Shown here: positions 37,361 through 46,565 of the stretch, piece by piece
Numbering within the stretch: the stretch's first letter is position 1
Layout: each line of letters begins with the position of its first letter
Notes under the pieces: generated by a model
Databases searched by the model: none
What the model was told of the DNA's origin: nothing
Seen by the model: only the letters and a program-made list of their open reading frames with translations
Origin: Myxococcota bacterium
GTDB taxonomy: Bacteria > Myxococcota_A > UBA9160 > UBA4427
NCBI GenBank assembly: GCA_036336835.1
Contig: JAYZFK010000099.1
Location: 1-48,811 of the forward strand
Length of the DNA: 48,811 nt
Direction of reading: 5' to 3'
Translations under genes and position numbers: made by a program

Positions 37361-37827
37361 TGCGACGACTCTCGCTCGCGCTCCTGGTCCCGGCTCTCGC
37401 GGCCGCCTCGGCCTCGGCCGGCCCGACGCTCGCCGTCGAGACGCCGGGCGGCGAGCCAGCAGAACTCGTACTGCGCCAAGGCGAACGGGCCCTGATCGTC
37501 CACTTCTGGGCGACCTGGTGCAGCGGGTGCATCGTGGAGCTGCCGGTGCTGGCGGCCGCGCGCAAGCGCTGCCGCCACCGCAACGTTCGCATCGTAGAGG
37601 TCAACGTGGGAGAGGAGCCGAGCCAGGTCGACCGATTCATCGAGGACCACGGGCTCGAGGTGCAGAGCTGGTTCGACCGCGATGCGAGCACCTGGCGGAG
37701 CCTGCGCGCCCACGGCCTGCCGGTCACGCTGACCTGGACCGCCGCAGGCCAAAGCCTCGAGGTCGGCCCGCGCAACGCAGTCTGGTGGAGCAACACGCTC
37801 GCTTCGGTGGGATGTGACGGTGTCTAG
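37360..37827 (+). CDS. TlpA-like thioredoxin/disulfide reductase
   Basis: HFWATWCSGC..ELP and GLPVT cis-Pro loop, with a signal peptide. TGATG coupling to the barrel gene. Confidence 0.88.
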   Translation: MRRLSLALLVPALAAASASAGPTLAVETPGGEPAELVLRQGERALIVHFWATWCSGCIVELPVLAAARKRCRHRNVRIVEVNVGEEPSQVDRFIEDHGLEVQSWFDRDASTWRSLRAHGLPVTLTWTAAGQSLEVGPRNAVWWSNTLASVGCDGV

Positions 37828-37923
37828 CCGCCGCGCGGCCGAGGACCAGGCGCGGCCACCCATCGATGGCCAGCGCAGCTGCGGGGGGCCGGAAGGGCCC
37901 GCGTCGGGTCCTCGCCCGCCCTG

Positions 37924-39555
37924 CTATTTGCAGAGGCCGCCGCCCAGCAGCGCGACCGGATCGCAGTCGTAGATCAGGCGGCCGGCCTCGCCGTGCTGCC
38001 AGTCGAGCGGCCGCACCGCCTCGGGCGGGGGCATTCCCGGGGCCGGCGCGTCCTGCAGGGCCTCGAGCGCGGTCGGGTAGCCAGTCCAGTCGCGCGGCGC
38101 GCGCCAGCCCGGTGGCGGAACCAGCTCGCCGCGGGTGCCCGCGACCGGATAACGCTGGCGCCACAGGTGAATCGCCTGCGACAGCTTCGCCACGACTCCC
38201 GGGTGCGCGGCGGCGAGGTTGTTCAGCTCGTAGGGGTCTTCTCCTGTCCGGAACAGGTAGTTGGTGACGTCCGCTGACAGCAGCCCCTGCCGGACCTCCT
38301 GCACGAGCTTCCACTCGTCGTCGAAAGCGGTCAGATTGAAGACACCCTTGATCGGCGTCTCGGACGCGAAGAACAGGGGGTCGTCGAGCACCACCCGCTC
38401 GCCCTGGCGAATCGCTGGCCAGAGGTTCCGGCCGTCGAGTTCGAAGTTCGACCGAACCTCGAGGCCGGCCGCCGCCGCAATCGTCGGGAACACGTCCATC
38501 ACCGACATGATGCTGCCGAAGCGGCCTCCAGCCTCGAGCTGGGCCGGCCAACGAATCACCGACACCACACGGATACCACCCTCGAAAGTCTCCCCCTTGC
38601 CGCCGCGTAGTGGGACGTTGTCGGCCCCACCCAGTGCGTAGGCGGCGCCACCATTGTCGCTGAAGAACAGCACGATCGTGTCATCGGCGATGCCCTGCTC
38701 GTCGAGCACGTCGAGCACCCGGCCGATCGCCTGATCCATCGCATCGACCACGGCCGCGTACATCGGTCGAGCACTCGGCTGCAGCATCAGCTTGCGCAGC
38801 ATGCGCGTCTGGTCCGTCTGACGACTGCGGGCGGGCCTGCGATCGTCCTCGAGGTCCGCGTACTTCGCCTTCAGATCCTCCGGCGCGTCGAGCGGCGTGT
38901 GGGGCGCAATGAACGGCATGTACAGGAAGAACGGGCGGTCCGGATCCCGCTCGCGAATCCAGCGCGAGGCCTCGTCGGCGAGCAGGAAGGTTTCGTAGCC
39001 CTGATCGTCGATCGACACCCCGTTGCGCTGAAAGTCGCGGCCGCCCTGATTGGAGAACGGCGGGAAGTAGCCCACCTCGGTGTGGAGATGGCCATAGAAG
39101 TGATCGAAGCCGCGCTGGTTCGGGTGATAGGTCATCTGTGCGTGGCCGAGGTGCCACTTGCCGACCATCGCCGTCTGATACCCCGCCGCCTCGAAGTTCT
39201 GGGGCATGAACGTCTCGTCGGGATGGATCCCGATGGTGTGCCACGGCATGATCACGCCGTACGCGACGCCAAGGCGCATCGGGTCGCGCCCCGTCATCAG
39301 CGCCGCACGCGTGGGTGAACAGATCGGCGTCGTATAGAAGCGGTGCAGCTCCACGCCCTCGCGCGCGAGGCGATCGATCGACGGCGTCTCGATGCTCTCC
39401 TCTCCGTGAAAGCCGACGTCCGACCAGCCGAGATCGTCGGCCACCAGGATCAGTACGTTCGGCTGACCAGCTTGCACCGAGGCACCCGAGAGGCAGCTCG
39501 CGAGCGCGGCGCACAGGGCCACGATCGTGGGCGATAGCGTGCTCGTTCGTTTCAT
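37924..39555 (-). CDS. Arylsulfatase (Cys-type)
   Basis: Signal peptide, then PNVLILVADDLG, CSPTRAALMTGR, GKWHLG and SDNGG. Confidence 0.93.
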   Translation of the reverse strand: MKRTSTLSPTIVALCAALASCLSGASVQAGQPNVLILVADDLGWSDVGFHGEESIETPSIDRLAREGVELHRFYTTPICSPTRAALMTGRDPMRLGVAYGVIMPWHTIGIHPDETFMPQNFEAAGYQTAMVGKWHLGHAQMTYHPNQRGFDHFYGHLHTEVGYFPPFSNQGGRDFQRNGVSIDDQGYETFLLADEASRWIRERDPDRPFFLYMPFIAPHTPLDAPEDLKAKYADLEDDRRPARSRQTDQTRMLRKLMLQPSARPMYAAVVDAMDQAIGRVLDVLDEQGIADDTIVLFFSDNGGAAYALGGADNVPLRGGKGETFEGGIRVVSVIRWPAQLEAGGRFGSIMSVMDVFPTIAAAAGLEVRSNFELDGRNLWPAIRQGERVVLDDPLFFASETPIKGVFNLTAFDDEWKLVQEVRQGLLSADVTNYLFRTGEDPYELNNLAAAHPGVVAKLSQAIHLWRQRYPVAGTRGELVPPPGWRAPRDWTGYPTALEALQDAPAPGMPPPEAVRPLDWQHGEAGRLIYDCDPVALLGGGLCK

Positions 39556-39644
39556 GACCCGGGAAGCGACCAGATCGACTCGCCACTGTCAACTCCGCCT
39601 GAGCGGCGGGCGAAAGCGACTCAAATGGGGGGTATGCTGACCCG

Positions 39645-41624
39645 ATGCTCTCGATGCCCGACTCGCTGCTCACGTCGCTCGCGCTCGGAGCCGTGCTCGC
39701 CACCACTGCGTGGCTGTACGACCTGTCGCGACTGTCGCGCGCGATGTTCGTCGCACTCTGGCTCGCTGTCGTCGTAGGACTCGACGTCTCCGATCTCGAG
39801 GCGAGCCGAATCGCCAGCGTCGAGCCTTCCGCGAGCCGACCGTTGCTCGAGCGGACTGATGGCTACGTGACCTCCCAGGCCTGCCAGTCATGCCACCCCA
39901 GTCAGCACGCGTCCTGGGAGCAGTCCTACCACAGCAAGATGACCGCGCTGCCCAGCGAGGAGACGGTCCTCGCGCCGTTCGAGGACACCGTCCTGAGCTA
40001 CCGCTACAGCTATTTTCCCCACCGACGTGGCGACGAGTTCTGGATCTCGACCGACGACCCGACCTGGGCGGAGCCGGGCGAGGCGCTCCCGGTGTCGCGC
40101 CGCGTCGCCCTGGTGACCGGCTCGCATCACCAGCAGCTCTACTGGTTCGAGCGGCCCGGCACCCGGGCAGTGGGGCGCTTCCACTACTTCTACCGAATCC
40201 CCGAACAACGCTGGGTGCCGTTCAAGTCGGCTGTGCTGAGCAAGCAGGACATGTTCGACGACCCCGGTGAGTTCTGGACGACCGTCTGCATCCGCTGCCA
40301 CTCGACTCACGGGAAGCCGCGCTTCGAGCCCGAAAACATCCGGGACGCCGACACGCGAGTCGCCGAGTTGGGCATCGCGTGCGAGAGCTGCCACGGCCCT
40401 GGGCTCGAGCACACCGAGGCCAACCGCAACACCCTGCGACGCTATCTCCGCTATCTGCTCGGCGGCCCCGACGACACGATCGTCAACCCGGCGCGACTGT
40501 CCGCCGATCGGTCGCTCGATGTATGCGGCCAATGCCATGCCGTGCAGTCTCTTGGATCGAGTGCCCGGATCCGACAGTGGTCACGCAACGGCATGCCGTA
40601 CCGACCCGGCGACGATATCGCCAAGACACGCCACATCGTCGATGCGCGACCCGGCGTCCCCAACAACCGCTTCCGAGACCGAACCTTGCGCCGTGATCCC
40701 CACTTCCTCGAGGACCGCTTCTGGCCGGACGGAGTGCCGAACGTGTCGGGTCGCGAGTACCAGGGTGTCAAGACTTCTCCCTGCTACGCGTCGGGTGAGT
40801 TCACCTGTCTGAGCTGCCATGTCATGCATCGGCCGAGCGACGATCCGCGCCCGCCCCTCGAGTGGGCGAACGACCAGCTCGCGGCGGACCGGCGAGGCAA
40901 CGATGCCTGCCTCGGCTGTCACCCGGAGTTCGCCGAGCCGGCCGCAATCGAGGCGCACAGCCACCACGCGTCGGATTCGCCGGGCAGCAGCTGCTACAAC
41001 TGCCACATGGCGAACACGGCCTATGGCCTGCTCAACGCCACCCGCAGCCACTTCATCGAGAACCCCGACACGGCGACCCAGCTCGCGACCGGACGCCCGA
41101 ACGCGTGCAACCTGTGCCACCTCGACCAGACACTTTCCTGGACCGCGCACAAGCTCGAGGAGTGGTACGGCACGCCGCAGCCAGAGTTCCCGGATCCAGA
41201 ACACCAGCGCACAGCCGAAGGCCCCCTGCAAGCACTCCGCGGTGATGCTGGGCAGCGAGCCCTGCTCGCCTTCCACCTCGGGTGGGAGCCCGCGCAGCAG
41301 GCGTCTGGTGTCGATGACTGGGCCGTTCCCGTGCTGGGCGAGCTCGTCAACGACCCCTACGAGGCCGTGCGCGTGATCGCGCACCGCTCGCTCGCGACAC
41401 TGCCGGGCTACGAGGACATCGAGTTCGACTACCTCGCACCCCGCGAAGAGCGACGCCAGGCGCGGGCAGAGCTGCTCGACAGTTGGGCCCGCTCCGGCGC
41501 CGAACGCAGCAGCCCCGCGCGTCTCGCGCGCGTACTGATCGACGACGAGGGCCGCAGGATGCAGGCGCGAGTGGCGCAGCTACTCGATCAGCGCGATACC
41601 CGGCGAGTGTTCCGGGCCGAATAG
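39645..41624 (+). CDS. Membrane-anchored multiheme cytochrome c (8 CxxCH) with a C-terminal HEAT-like region
   Basis: CQSCH, CIRCH, CESCH, CGQCH, CLSCH, CLGCH, CYNCH and CNLCH, with two N-terminal hydrophobic segments. TATGCT lies 6 nt before the ATG. Confidence 0.9.
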   Translation: MLSMPDSLLTSLALGAVLATTAWLYDLSRLSRAMFVALWLAVVVGLDVSDLEASRIASVEPSASRPLLERTDGYVTSQACQSCHPSQHASWEQSYHSKMTALPSEETVLAPFEDTVLSYRYSYFPHRRGDEFWISTDDPTWAEPGEALPVSRRVALVTGSHHQQLYWFERPGTRAVGRFHYFYRIPEQRWVPFKSAVLSKQDMFDDPGEFWTTVCIRCHSTHGKPRFEPENIRDADTRVAELGIACESCHGPGLEHTEANRNTLRRYLRYLLGGPDDTIVNPARLSADRSLDVCGQCHAVQSLGSSARIRQWSRNGMPYRPGDDIAKTRHIVDARPGVPNNRFRDRTLRRDPHFLEDRFWPDGVPNVSGREYQGVKTSPCYASGEFTCLSCHVMHRPSDDPRPPLEWANDQLAADRRGNDACLGCHPEFAEPAAIEAHSHHASDSPGSSCYNCHMANTAYGLLNATRSHFIENPDTATQLATGRPNACNLCHLDQTLSWTAHKLEEWYGTPQPEFPDPEHQRTAEGPLQALRGDAGQRALLAFHLGWEPAQQASGVDDWAVPVLGELVNDPYEAVRVIAHRSLATLPGYEDIEFDYLAPREERRQARAELLDSWARSGAERSSPARLARVLIDDEGRRMQARVAQLLDQRDTRRVFRAE

Positions 41625-41632
41625 GAGACTCG

Positions 41633-42061
41633 ATGAGCGACGGCGAGCGAGACCCCGGCCGCTTCCACCTCCGCGTAGGGTGGTGGACGGTGCTCGTGTT
41701 CTTGGCGATGGGCATCGCGCTCGAGGGCATGCACGGACTGAAGCTCGGCTTCTACCTCGACCTGGCGAACGCGACGCGCCGCCACATGTGGACGCTGTCG
41801 CATGCACACGGGACGTTGCTCGGGCTGATCAACATCGCGTTCGCGCTGTCGCTGCGAACCTTCGGCCTCGTCGAAGGCGACGATGGTTGGCTACGCCGTG
41901 CTTCGCTCGCACTGATGCTCGCCACCCTGCTGCTCCCGGGCGGCTTCGCACTCGGCGGCATCAAAATCTACGCAGGTGACCCGGGACTCGGTGCGCTGCT
42001 CGTGCCGGTCGGCGGCTTCTCGCTACTCTACGCCGTCTGGCTCACCGCCAGGCGGCTCTAG
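41633..42061 (+). CDS. Small 4-TM His-containing membrane protein
   Basis: AGGAG RBS, four hydrophobic segments, and LEGMHG and WTLSHAHG motifs. Confidence 0.75.
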   Translation: MSDGERDPGRFHLRVGWWTVLVFLAMGIALEGMHGLKLGFYLDLANATRRHMWTLSHAHGTLLGLINIAFALSLRTFGLVEGDDGWLRRASLALMLATLLLPGGFALGGIKIYAGDPGLGALLVPVGGFSLLYAVWLTARRL

Positions 42062-42087
42062 CTCGACGCGGGCGGCCGGCGTCGAGC
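42061..42087. terminator. Hairpin between convergent genes (possible terminator)
   Basis: GCTCGACGC-N9-GCGTCGAGC, a 9-bp perfect stem beginning at the last base of the stop at 42061. There is no U-tract. Confidence 0.4.
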
Positions 42088-42124
42088 GATCAGTGCTGAG
42101 GTCTCCGCTCTGAGAGCGAGAGCC

Positions 42125-43513
42125 TCATCCGGGGTCGCGGCGAGAAGCCCGGGCATCGAGCTCGCGGCGGATCTCGGCGTGCTCGGACTCGTTCAGTCGA
42201 AAGCGCATCAGAAGTATCAGCCCGATCGCATAGCAGCCAGCGGGCAGGAAGCCGTAGAGCGCGAGAATCGCCCGCTGCGTGGTCTCCGACTGCTCGACGT
42301 TCGGCTCGAAGCCCACCAGCTGCAGGGTGAAGCCGAGCACCATCGCCAATACTCCGCTCATGCTCTTCTGAATGAAGGTCCAGACGGAGAGGTAGGCGCC
42401 TTCCTTGCGCTCGCCGGTGACGAGCTCGTCATAGTCGATCACGTCAGCCTTCACAGACAAGCCGATCACCTGGCCCAGGCCCGATGTTGTGCCACTGATG
42501 AAGGACAAGACGCACCACAGGAGGATCATTCCCTCGCCGAGAAAGGAGTGGAAGAACCACGAGACCGTCGCGACCGCCGTCGAGATGAGCCAGAGGCGTC
42601 GCTTGCCAATGCGCCTGGACAGATAGATCCACACCGGAGGCAGTACGAACGAAGGCACCACGTGCAGCAGCAGGATGCCGATCGTGTAGCTCTCGGGCAG
42701 CTTCACGATGTACTGCATCACGTAGAGAGCGAGGAGCCCTCCCGTCGCACCGCCAAACGACTCGATCGCGTACATTGCGAGCAGGATGCGCGCGTGCGGA
42801 TTCTTGAAGACGTCCCCGAACGCATTGGTAATGCCCTCGCCGCCTCGGCCCTGATGCTCCGCCCGCTCGCGCTGCGGCGCGATACCGCCGGTCGTGAGGA
42901 GCACGCCGAGGGCCGCCAGCCCGAGGGCCAGGAAGACCGCGAGGGAGCGCGGCGACTCCGAGCTGACGAGCGCGTAGAACACCGCGAGCCCGAGCAGCAG
43001 TCCGGGGCCGGCCATCAGCTTGGTAATGCCAAACACCCGCGTGCGTTCGTGGTGATCGGTCGAGAGCTCGACACCGAGGGCGTAGTAGGGCACGTAGAAC
43101 ATGGTCTGCGCTGTCGAGAACGCGAGCAGCGCGACACCGATCCAGAGCGCGAGCGCCCAGTTGCCAAGCAACCCGGGTGGCGCCCACAGCATCACGAACG
43201 AGACCGCTGTGAAGGGGATCGACGCGAAGATCCAGACACGGCGCCGCCCCCAGCTCGAGCCGCTCCGATCGGAGAGCCGCCCGACGATCGGGTCGGTGAC
43301 CGCGTCCCAGACCCGTCCGGCGAACAGGACGATCCCCATCACGCCCGGCGCGATCAGCAGGACGTCCGTGCAGTATTTGAGCAGGTAGAGCGCGTTGACG
43401 AAGGCCATCGCCGTAACGCCGATCCCAGCGGTTCCGTAGGCGACGATGCGGGGCAGCGGCAGACGATCCGCGCGAGGCGCCTGGGGGCGCTGGGGTACCG
43501 TGGCACCGGCCAT
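42125..43513 (-). CDS. MFS GPH-family (MelB-like) glycoside:cation symporter
   Basis: RVWDAVTDPIVGRLSD, WGRRR, PYYAL and ADVIDYDE...GERKEG motifs. Start is ATG 43513; the alternative is 43588. Confidence 0.9.
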   Translation of the reverse strand: MAGATVPQRPQAPRADRLPLPRIVAYGTAGIGVTAMAFVNALYLLKYCTDVLLIAPGVMGIVLFAGRVWDAVTDPIVGRLSDRSGSSWGRRRVWIFASIPFTAVSFVMLWAPPGLLGNWALALWIGVALLAFSTAQTMFYVPYYALGVELSTDHHERTRVFGITKLMAGPGLLLGLAVFYALVSSESPRSLAVFLALGLAALGVLLTTGGIAPQRERAEHQGRGGEGITNAFGDVFKNPHARILLAMYAIESFGGATGGLLALYVMQYIVKLPESYTIGILLLHVVPSFVLPPVWIYLSRRIGKRRLWLISTAVATVSWFFHSFLGEGMILLWCVLSFISGTTSGLGQVIGLSVKADVIDYDELVTGERKEGAYLSVWTFIQKSMSGVLAMVLGFTLQLVGFEPNVEQSETTQRAILALYGFLPAGCYAIGLILLMRFRLNESEHAEIRRELDARASRRDPG

Positions 43514-43626
43514 GCGGGGCAGTATCTCACGCGCGAGAGGCTCCACTGCCGAAATCCACTGGTGCCGGATCGCTGGCTTCGCTTCCATTCAGCGTCCATC
43601 CGGAAACCCGGGAAACGGGGCCGACA

Positions 43627-44166
43627 GTGAACGAGATCGATCAGCGACCCGAGACCTCTGCCGACAAGGAGCGCTTCTCGTCCGGCGGTCGCCGCAGCAT
43701 GCTGCTCTTGCGAGGGCCGACCGGCCTCAAGATCGACAAGGCGATCGTGTGGGCGACCGGCTACTCGCTGATGACGAAGCAGTACTGCGTCGCGCTCGGC
43801 GAGCCGTATTCGCCAACCCTCATGCTCACGACGATCGGCGCGCGGACGCGCGAGCTTCGGACTGCCTGCCTGCCGTTCTTTCGCGTGGGGGAGGATCTGG
43901 TACTGCGCGGCAGCAACGGTGGAGGGCCGACCGATCCGCACTGGGTACACAACGTGCGTGCGCATCCCCACGCCTGGGTGCGAATCGACCGAAAGAGCCG
44001 ACCCGTGCACGCACACGTCGCGCGTGGCGAAGAACGCGAGCAGCTCTACCAGGTCTTGTGTCGCAAGACACCGACCACGGCGCGCTATCAGAAGATGTGC
44101 GCGCCACGCGAGCTGCCGCTCGTCGTGCTGCGCGAGTGGGAAGCCCACGAGAGCGGCGGCGACTGA
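43627..44166 (+). CDS. F420H2-dependent nitroreductase/quinone reductase family (Ddn-like)
   Basis: LTTIGART...R and GSNGG...PHWVHNVRAHP motifs, with a C-terminal Y.....RELPLVVL. Confidence 0.85.
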   Translation: MNEIDQRPETSADKERFSSGGRRSMLLLRGPTGLKIDKAIVWATGYSLMTKQYCVALGEPYSPTLMLTTIGARTRELRTACLPFFRVGEDLVLRGSNGGGPTDPHWVHNVRAHPHAWVRIDRKSRPVHAHVARGEEREQLYQVLCRKTPTTARYQKMCAPRELPLVVLREWEAHESGGD

Positions 44167-44180
44167 TGCTGGAGGGAGAG

Positions 44181-45338
44181 ATGACTCGAATCGAATCTTG
44201 GGCGCATCGGATCACAGCCTGCGCGGCGCTCGTATTGACCAGCTGCGCTGCGCTGCCCGAGCGCCTCGAGGGCACTAACTACACGGCCGAGTCCGCGCCG
44301 TTCGTCGCGGCTTCGGTCGAAGCGCTGACACCGGAAGCCGCGCTGCCACAGCGCCAGGGACTCGTCCATCGGGTGCTGCTGATCGGGGACGCTGGAGTCC
44401 CGCGCGAGAGCGAGCCTGTGCTCGAAACGCTCCGCGTCTGGGGAGACGCGCACCCGAACGACACGACGGTTCTCTACCTCGGCGACAACGTGTACCCGTC
44501 CGGGCTCGAGAAGGATGACCGGCCTCATGGCGAACGGGTCCTGCGGGCCCAGCTCGAAGCGAGCGACGCGCACAAGATCTTCGTACCGGGCAACCACGAC
44601 TGGGGCTTTCCGTACCAGGGCAGCGACCGGGTCCTGCGCCAACAGGCCTACGTCGAAGCCAATGGCGCGGAGTTCCTGCCACGAGACGGCTGCCCGGGCC
44701 CCGCCTACCGCGAGCTCGTCCCGACGGACGACGATGGCCGTCGAGGGGTGGCTCTGATCCTGATCGACATCGATCCGTGGTTCGCCGAAGAGGCCGAACG
44801 CCCGAGCTGCCCGGGCGCCGAGACACCGCAGGAGCTGGCCGAGCAGCTCGCGACACTGCTCGAGCGGCATCGTGAGCAGTGGCTGATCGTCGGCGCGCAT
44901 CACCCGCTGCGCACCGGCGGCCCGCACGGCGGCTTCACCCGGGGCTGGCTCGCCGACTTCGTCACCGGGACCATCTTCCTGATCTACGGCTCACTACAGG
45001 ACGCCTACGAAGAGGGCTACCGCGCGATCATGCTTCCGATCGAGGAGGCACTCGCTTCCGCGCCGCCTCTCGTCTACGCCGCAGGACACGACCACAACCT
45101 GCAGATCCTCGAGGGCAATGGCCACGCACGCTTCCAGATCGTCAGTGGTGCCGGTGCCACGGACCGCGTGCGGGGCGGCTCGGTCACCGACATCGAGGGC
45201 ACGCTGTTCGCGCACGGCCACCCGGGCTTCATGGCGCTCGACATCGTGCGCACACCGTCCGGCGAACGCGCGCTGCTCTACGTGGTCGAGACCGGCAAAC
45301 CCGACCCGGTCCTCCAGCTCGATCTGGGAGCACGCTGA
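44181..45338 (+). CDS. Calcineurin-like metallophosphoesterase, probable lipoprotein
   Basis: IGDAG, LGDNVYP, PGNHDW, HHP and AGHDH motifs, with lipobox LTSC. ATG 44181 follows GGAGG; the alternative is ATG 44166 coupled to the upstream stop. Confidence 0.88.
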   Translation: MTRIESWAHRITACAALVLTSCAALPERLEGTNYTAESAPFVAASVEALTPEAALPQRQGLVHRVLLIGDAGVPRESEPVLETLRVWGDAHPNDTTVLYLGDNVYPSGLEKDDRPHGERVLRAQLEASDAHKIFVPGNHDWGFPYQGSDRVLRQQAYVEANGAEFLPRDGCPGPAYRELVPTDDDGRRGVALILIDIDPWFAEEAERPSCPGAETPQELAEQLATLLERHREQWLIVGAHHPLRTGGPHGGFTRGWLADFVTGTIFLIYGSLQDAYEEGYRAIMLPIEEALASAPPLVYAAGHDHNLQILEGNGHARFQIVSGAGATDRVRGGSVTDIEGTLFAHGHPGFMALDIVRTPSGERALLYVVETGKPDPVLQLDLGAR

Positions 45339-45342
45339 CTCG

Positions 45343-46164
45343 CTAGCGTCCTCGCAGCGCCATGGACGCAGCCACGCCAGGCTCGAGGATCACGACCTCG
45401 ACTCGGCGGTTGATGGCGCGGCCTTCCTCGGTCTCGTTGTTGGCGACCGGGTACCGCGACCCGAAGCCAGCGGCAGCGATCCGGGGCGGCTCCACACCCG
45501 CATCGACGAGGGCGCTGAGAACCGCTTCGGCTCGTTCCGCCGATAGCCGGAGGTTGTACTCGCCGGTACCGACATTGTCGGTGAAGCCCTCGACGACCAC
45601 CTCGCGGTTCTCGGACGCAATCAGGAAGCCGGCAATGCGCGCTGCGGACAGGAGAGCGTCCTGCTTCAGCTCGGCGCTATCGAACTCGAAGAGCACTCCG
45701 CCGAGAGTCAGTACCATCCCACGCTCCGTCACGTTCGCCTGCAGCGCTCGGGCGCGCCGTGCCGCACGCGACACCTGGCGCTGTGTACTGCGCGTCTCAC
45801 GGCGAGCCTGGTCGAGCGCTCCGGAGGCCGCTGCGTTGAGCGCTACGGTTTCGGCCCGGGCTTGCGCCACGAGGGCCAGGGTGGCGGCCATGTAGGCCTC
45901 GTGGTCGACCTCCTCTTGCCAACGCGCAGCGTCGAGCGCCTTCTCGGCAAGTGCGAGGTGGCGATTCGCCTCCCGGAAGTGAAGCGAGCGGCTTGCGTCG
46001 ACGTTGCCGTCGGCCGACGCCGACGCCACCGCGGCGCGCGCCCTTTCGACCTGTGTCGCATCCAGGGAGGCACAGGCGAATATCAGCCCGAGGCAAATCG
46101 CGGCGCAGCAGGCTGCAGCCGAGCGCGAGAGCCAACCTCGTGAATCGTCGTGTCGCTCGCTCAT
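45343..46164 (-). CDS. OmpA-family peptidoglycan-binding lipoprotein with a DUF4398-like N-terminus
   Basis: VLFEFDSAEL, VEGFTD, LSAERAEAV and NRRVE motifs, lipobox IFAC and a coiled-coil middle. Confidence 0.9.
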   Translation of the reverse strand: MSERHDDSRGWLSRSAAACCAAICLGLIFACASLDATQVERARAAVASASADGNVDASRSLHFREANRHLALAEKALDAARWQEEVDHEAYMAATLALVAQARAETVALNAAASGALDQARRETRSTQRQVSRAARRARALQANVTERGMVLTLGGVLFEFDSAELKQDALLSAARIAGFLIASENREVVVEGFTDNVGTGEYNLRLSAERAEAVLSALVDAGVEPPRIAAAGFGSRYPVANNETEEGRAINRRVEVVILEPGVAASMALRGR

Positions 46165-46565
46165 TGCAGACCCCCCGTCGCCTCTTCGGTCGTCTCGAGC
46201 AGTGCGCCCGCGTCCCTCTCGACGCGCACGGCCTCGGCAGCCTGCATCATCGCCTGCGCCAGCTGCGCCTGCGCGATCGCCAGGCGAGCCGTGGCCGTCG
46301 ACTCGCGCGCGAGCCGTGCCGCGCGCAGGGGCTTGCTCTGGCCGACTGCCTCTTCTGCCAGGACGAGGCGCTCGCGGGCCAGTGCCATCTCCGCCGGTGC
46401 CATCTGCTCGGCCCCGCCGGCCTCCGCATCGAACAGCGCATAGCGAGCCTGTGCGATGGCGTTCTGACCCGTGACTCCCGAAGCAGTCGTGCAGGCTGTA
46501 GCCAGCAAGATCGCAGCGGTGAGCGCGACAGTCCGTCTGCCGGCATGAAGCGTGCGCGTCGTCAT
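46161..46565 (-). CDS. DUF4398-like lipoprotein
   Basis: Lipobox ATAC and an Ala-rich helical AEQMAPAEMALARERL segment. ATGA overlap with the OmpA gene. Confidence 0.78.
   Translation of the reverse strand: MTTRTLHAGRRTVALTAAILLATACTTASGVTGQNAIAQARYALFDAEAGGAEQMAPAEMALARERLVLAEEAVGQSKPLRAARLARESTATARLAIAQAQLAQAMMQAAEAVRVERDAGALLETTEEATGGLQ

Noticed and set aside
39645..41624. Calling the octaheme protein NrfA, HAO or OTR
   Set aside because: There is no CxxCK, and I see no recognisable catalytic signature of those enzymes. Only the heme count is supported.
43446..44165. Apparent 630-aa phosphoesterase with a long N-terminus
   Set aside because: It overlaps the Ddn-like gene in another frame. 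The signal peptide and RBS indicate a start at 44166 or 44181.
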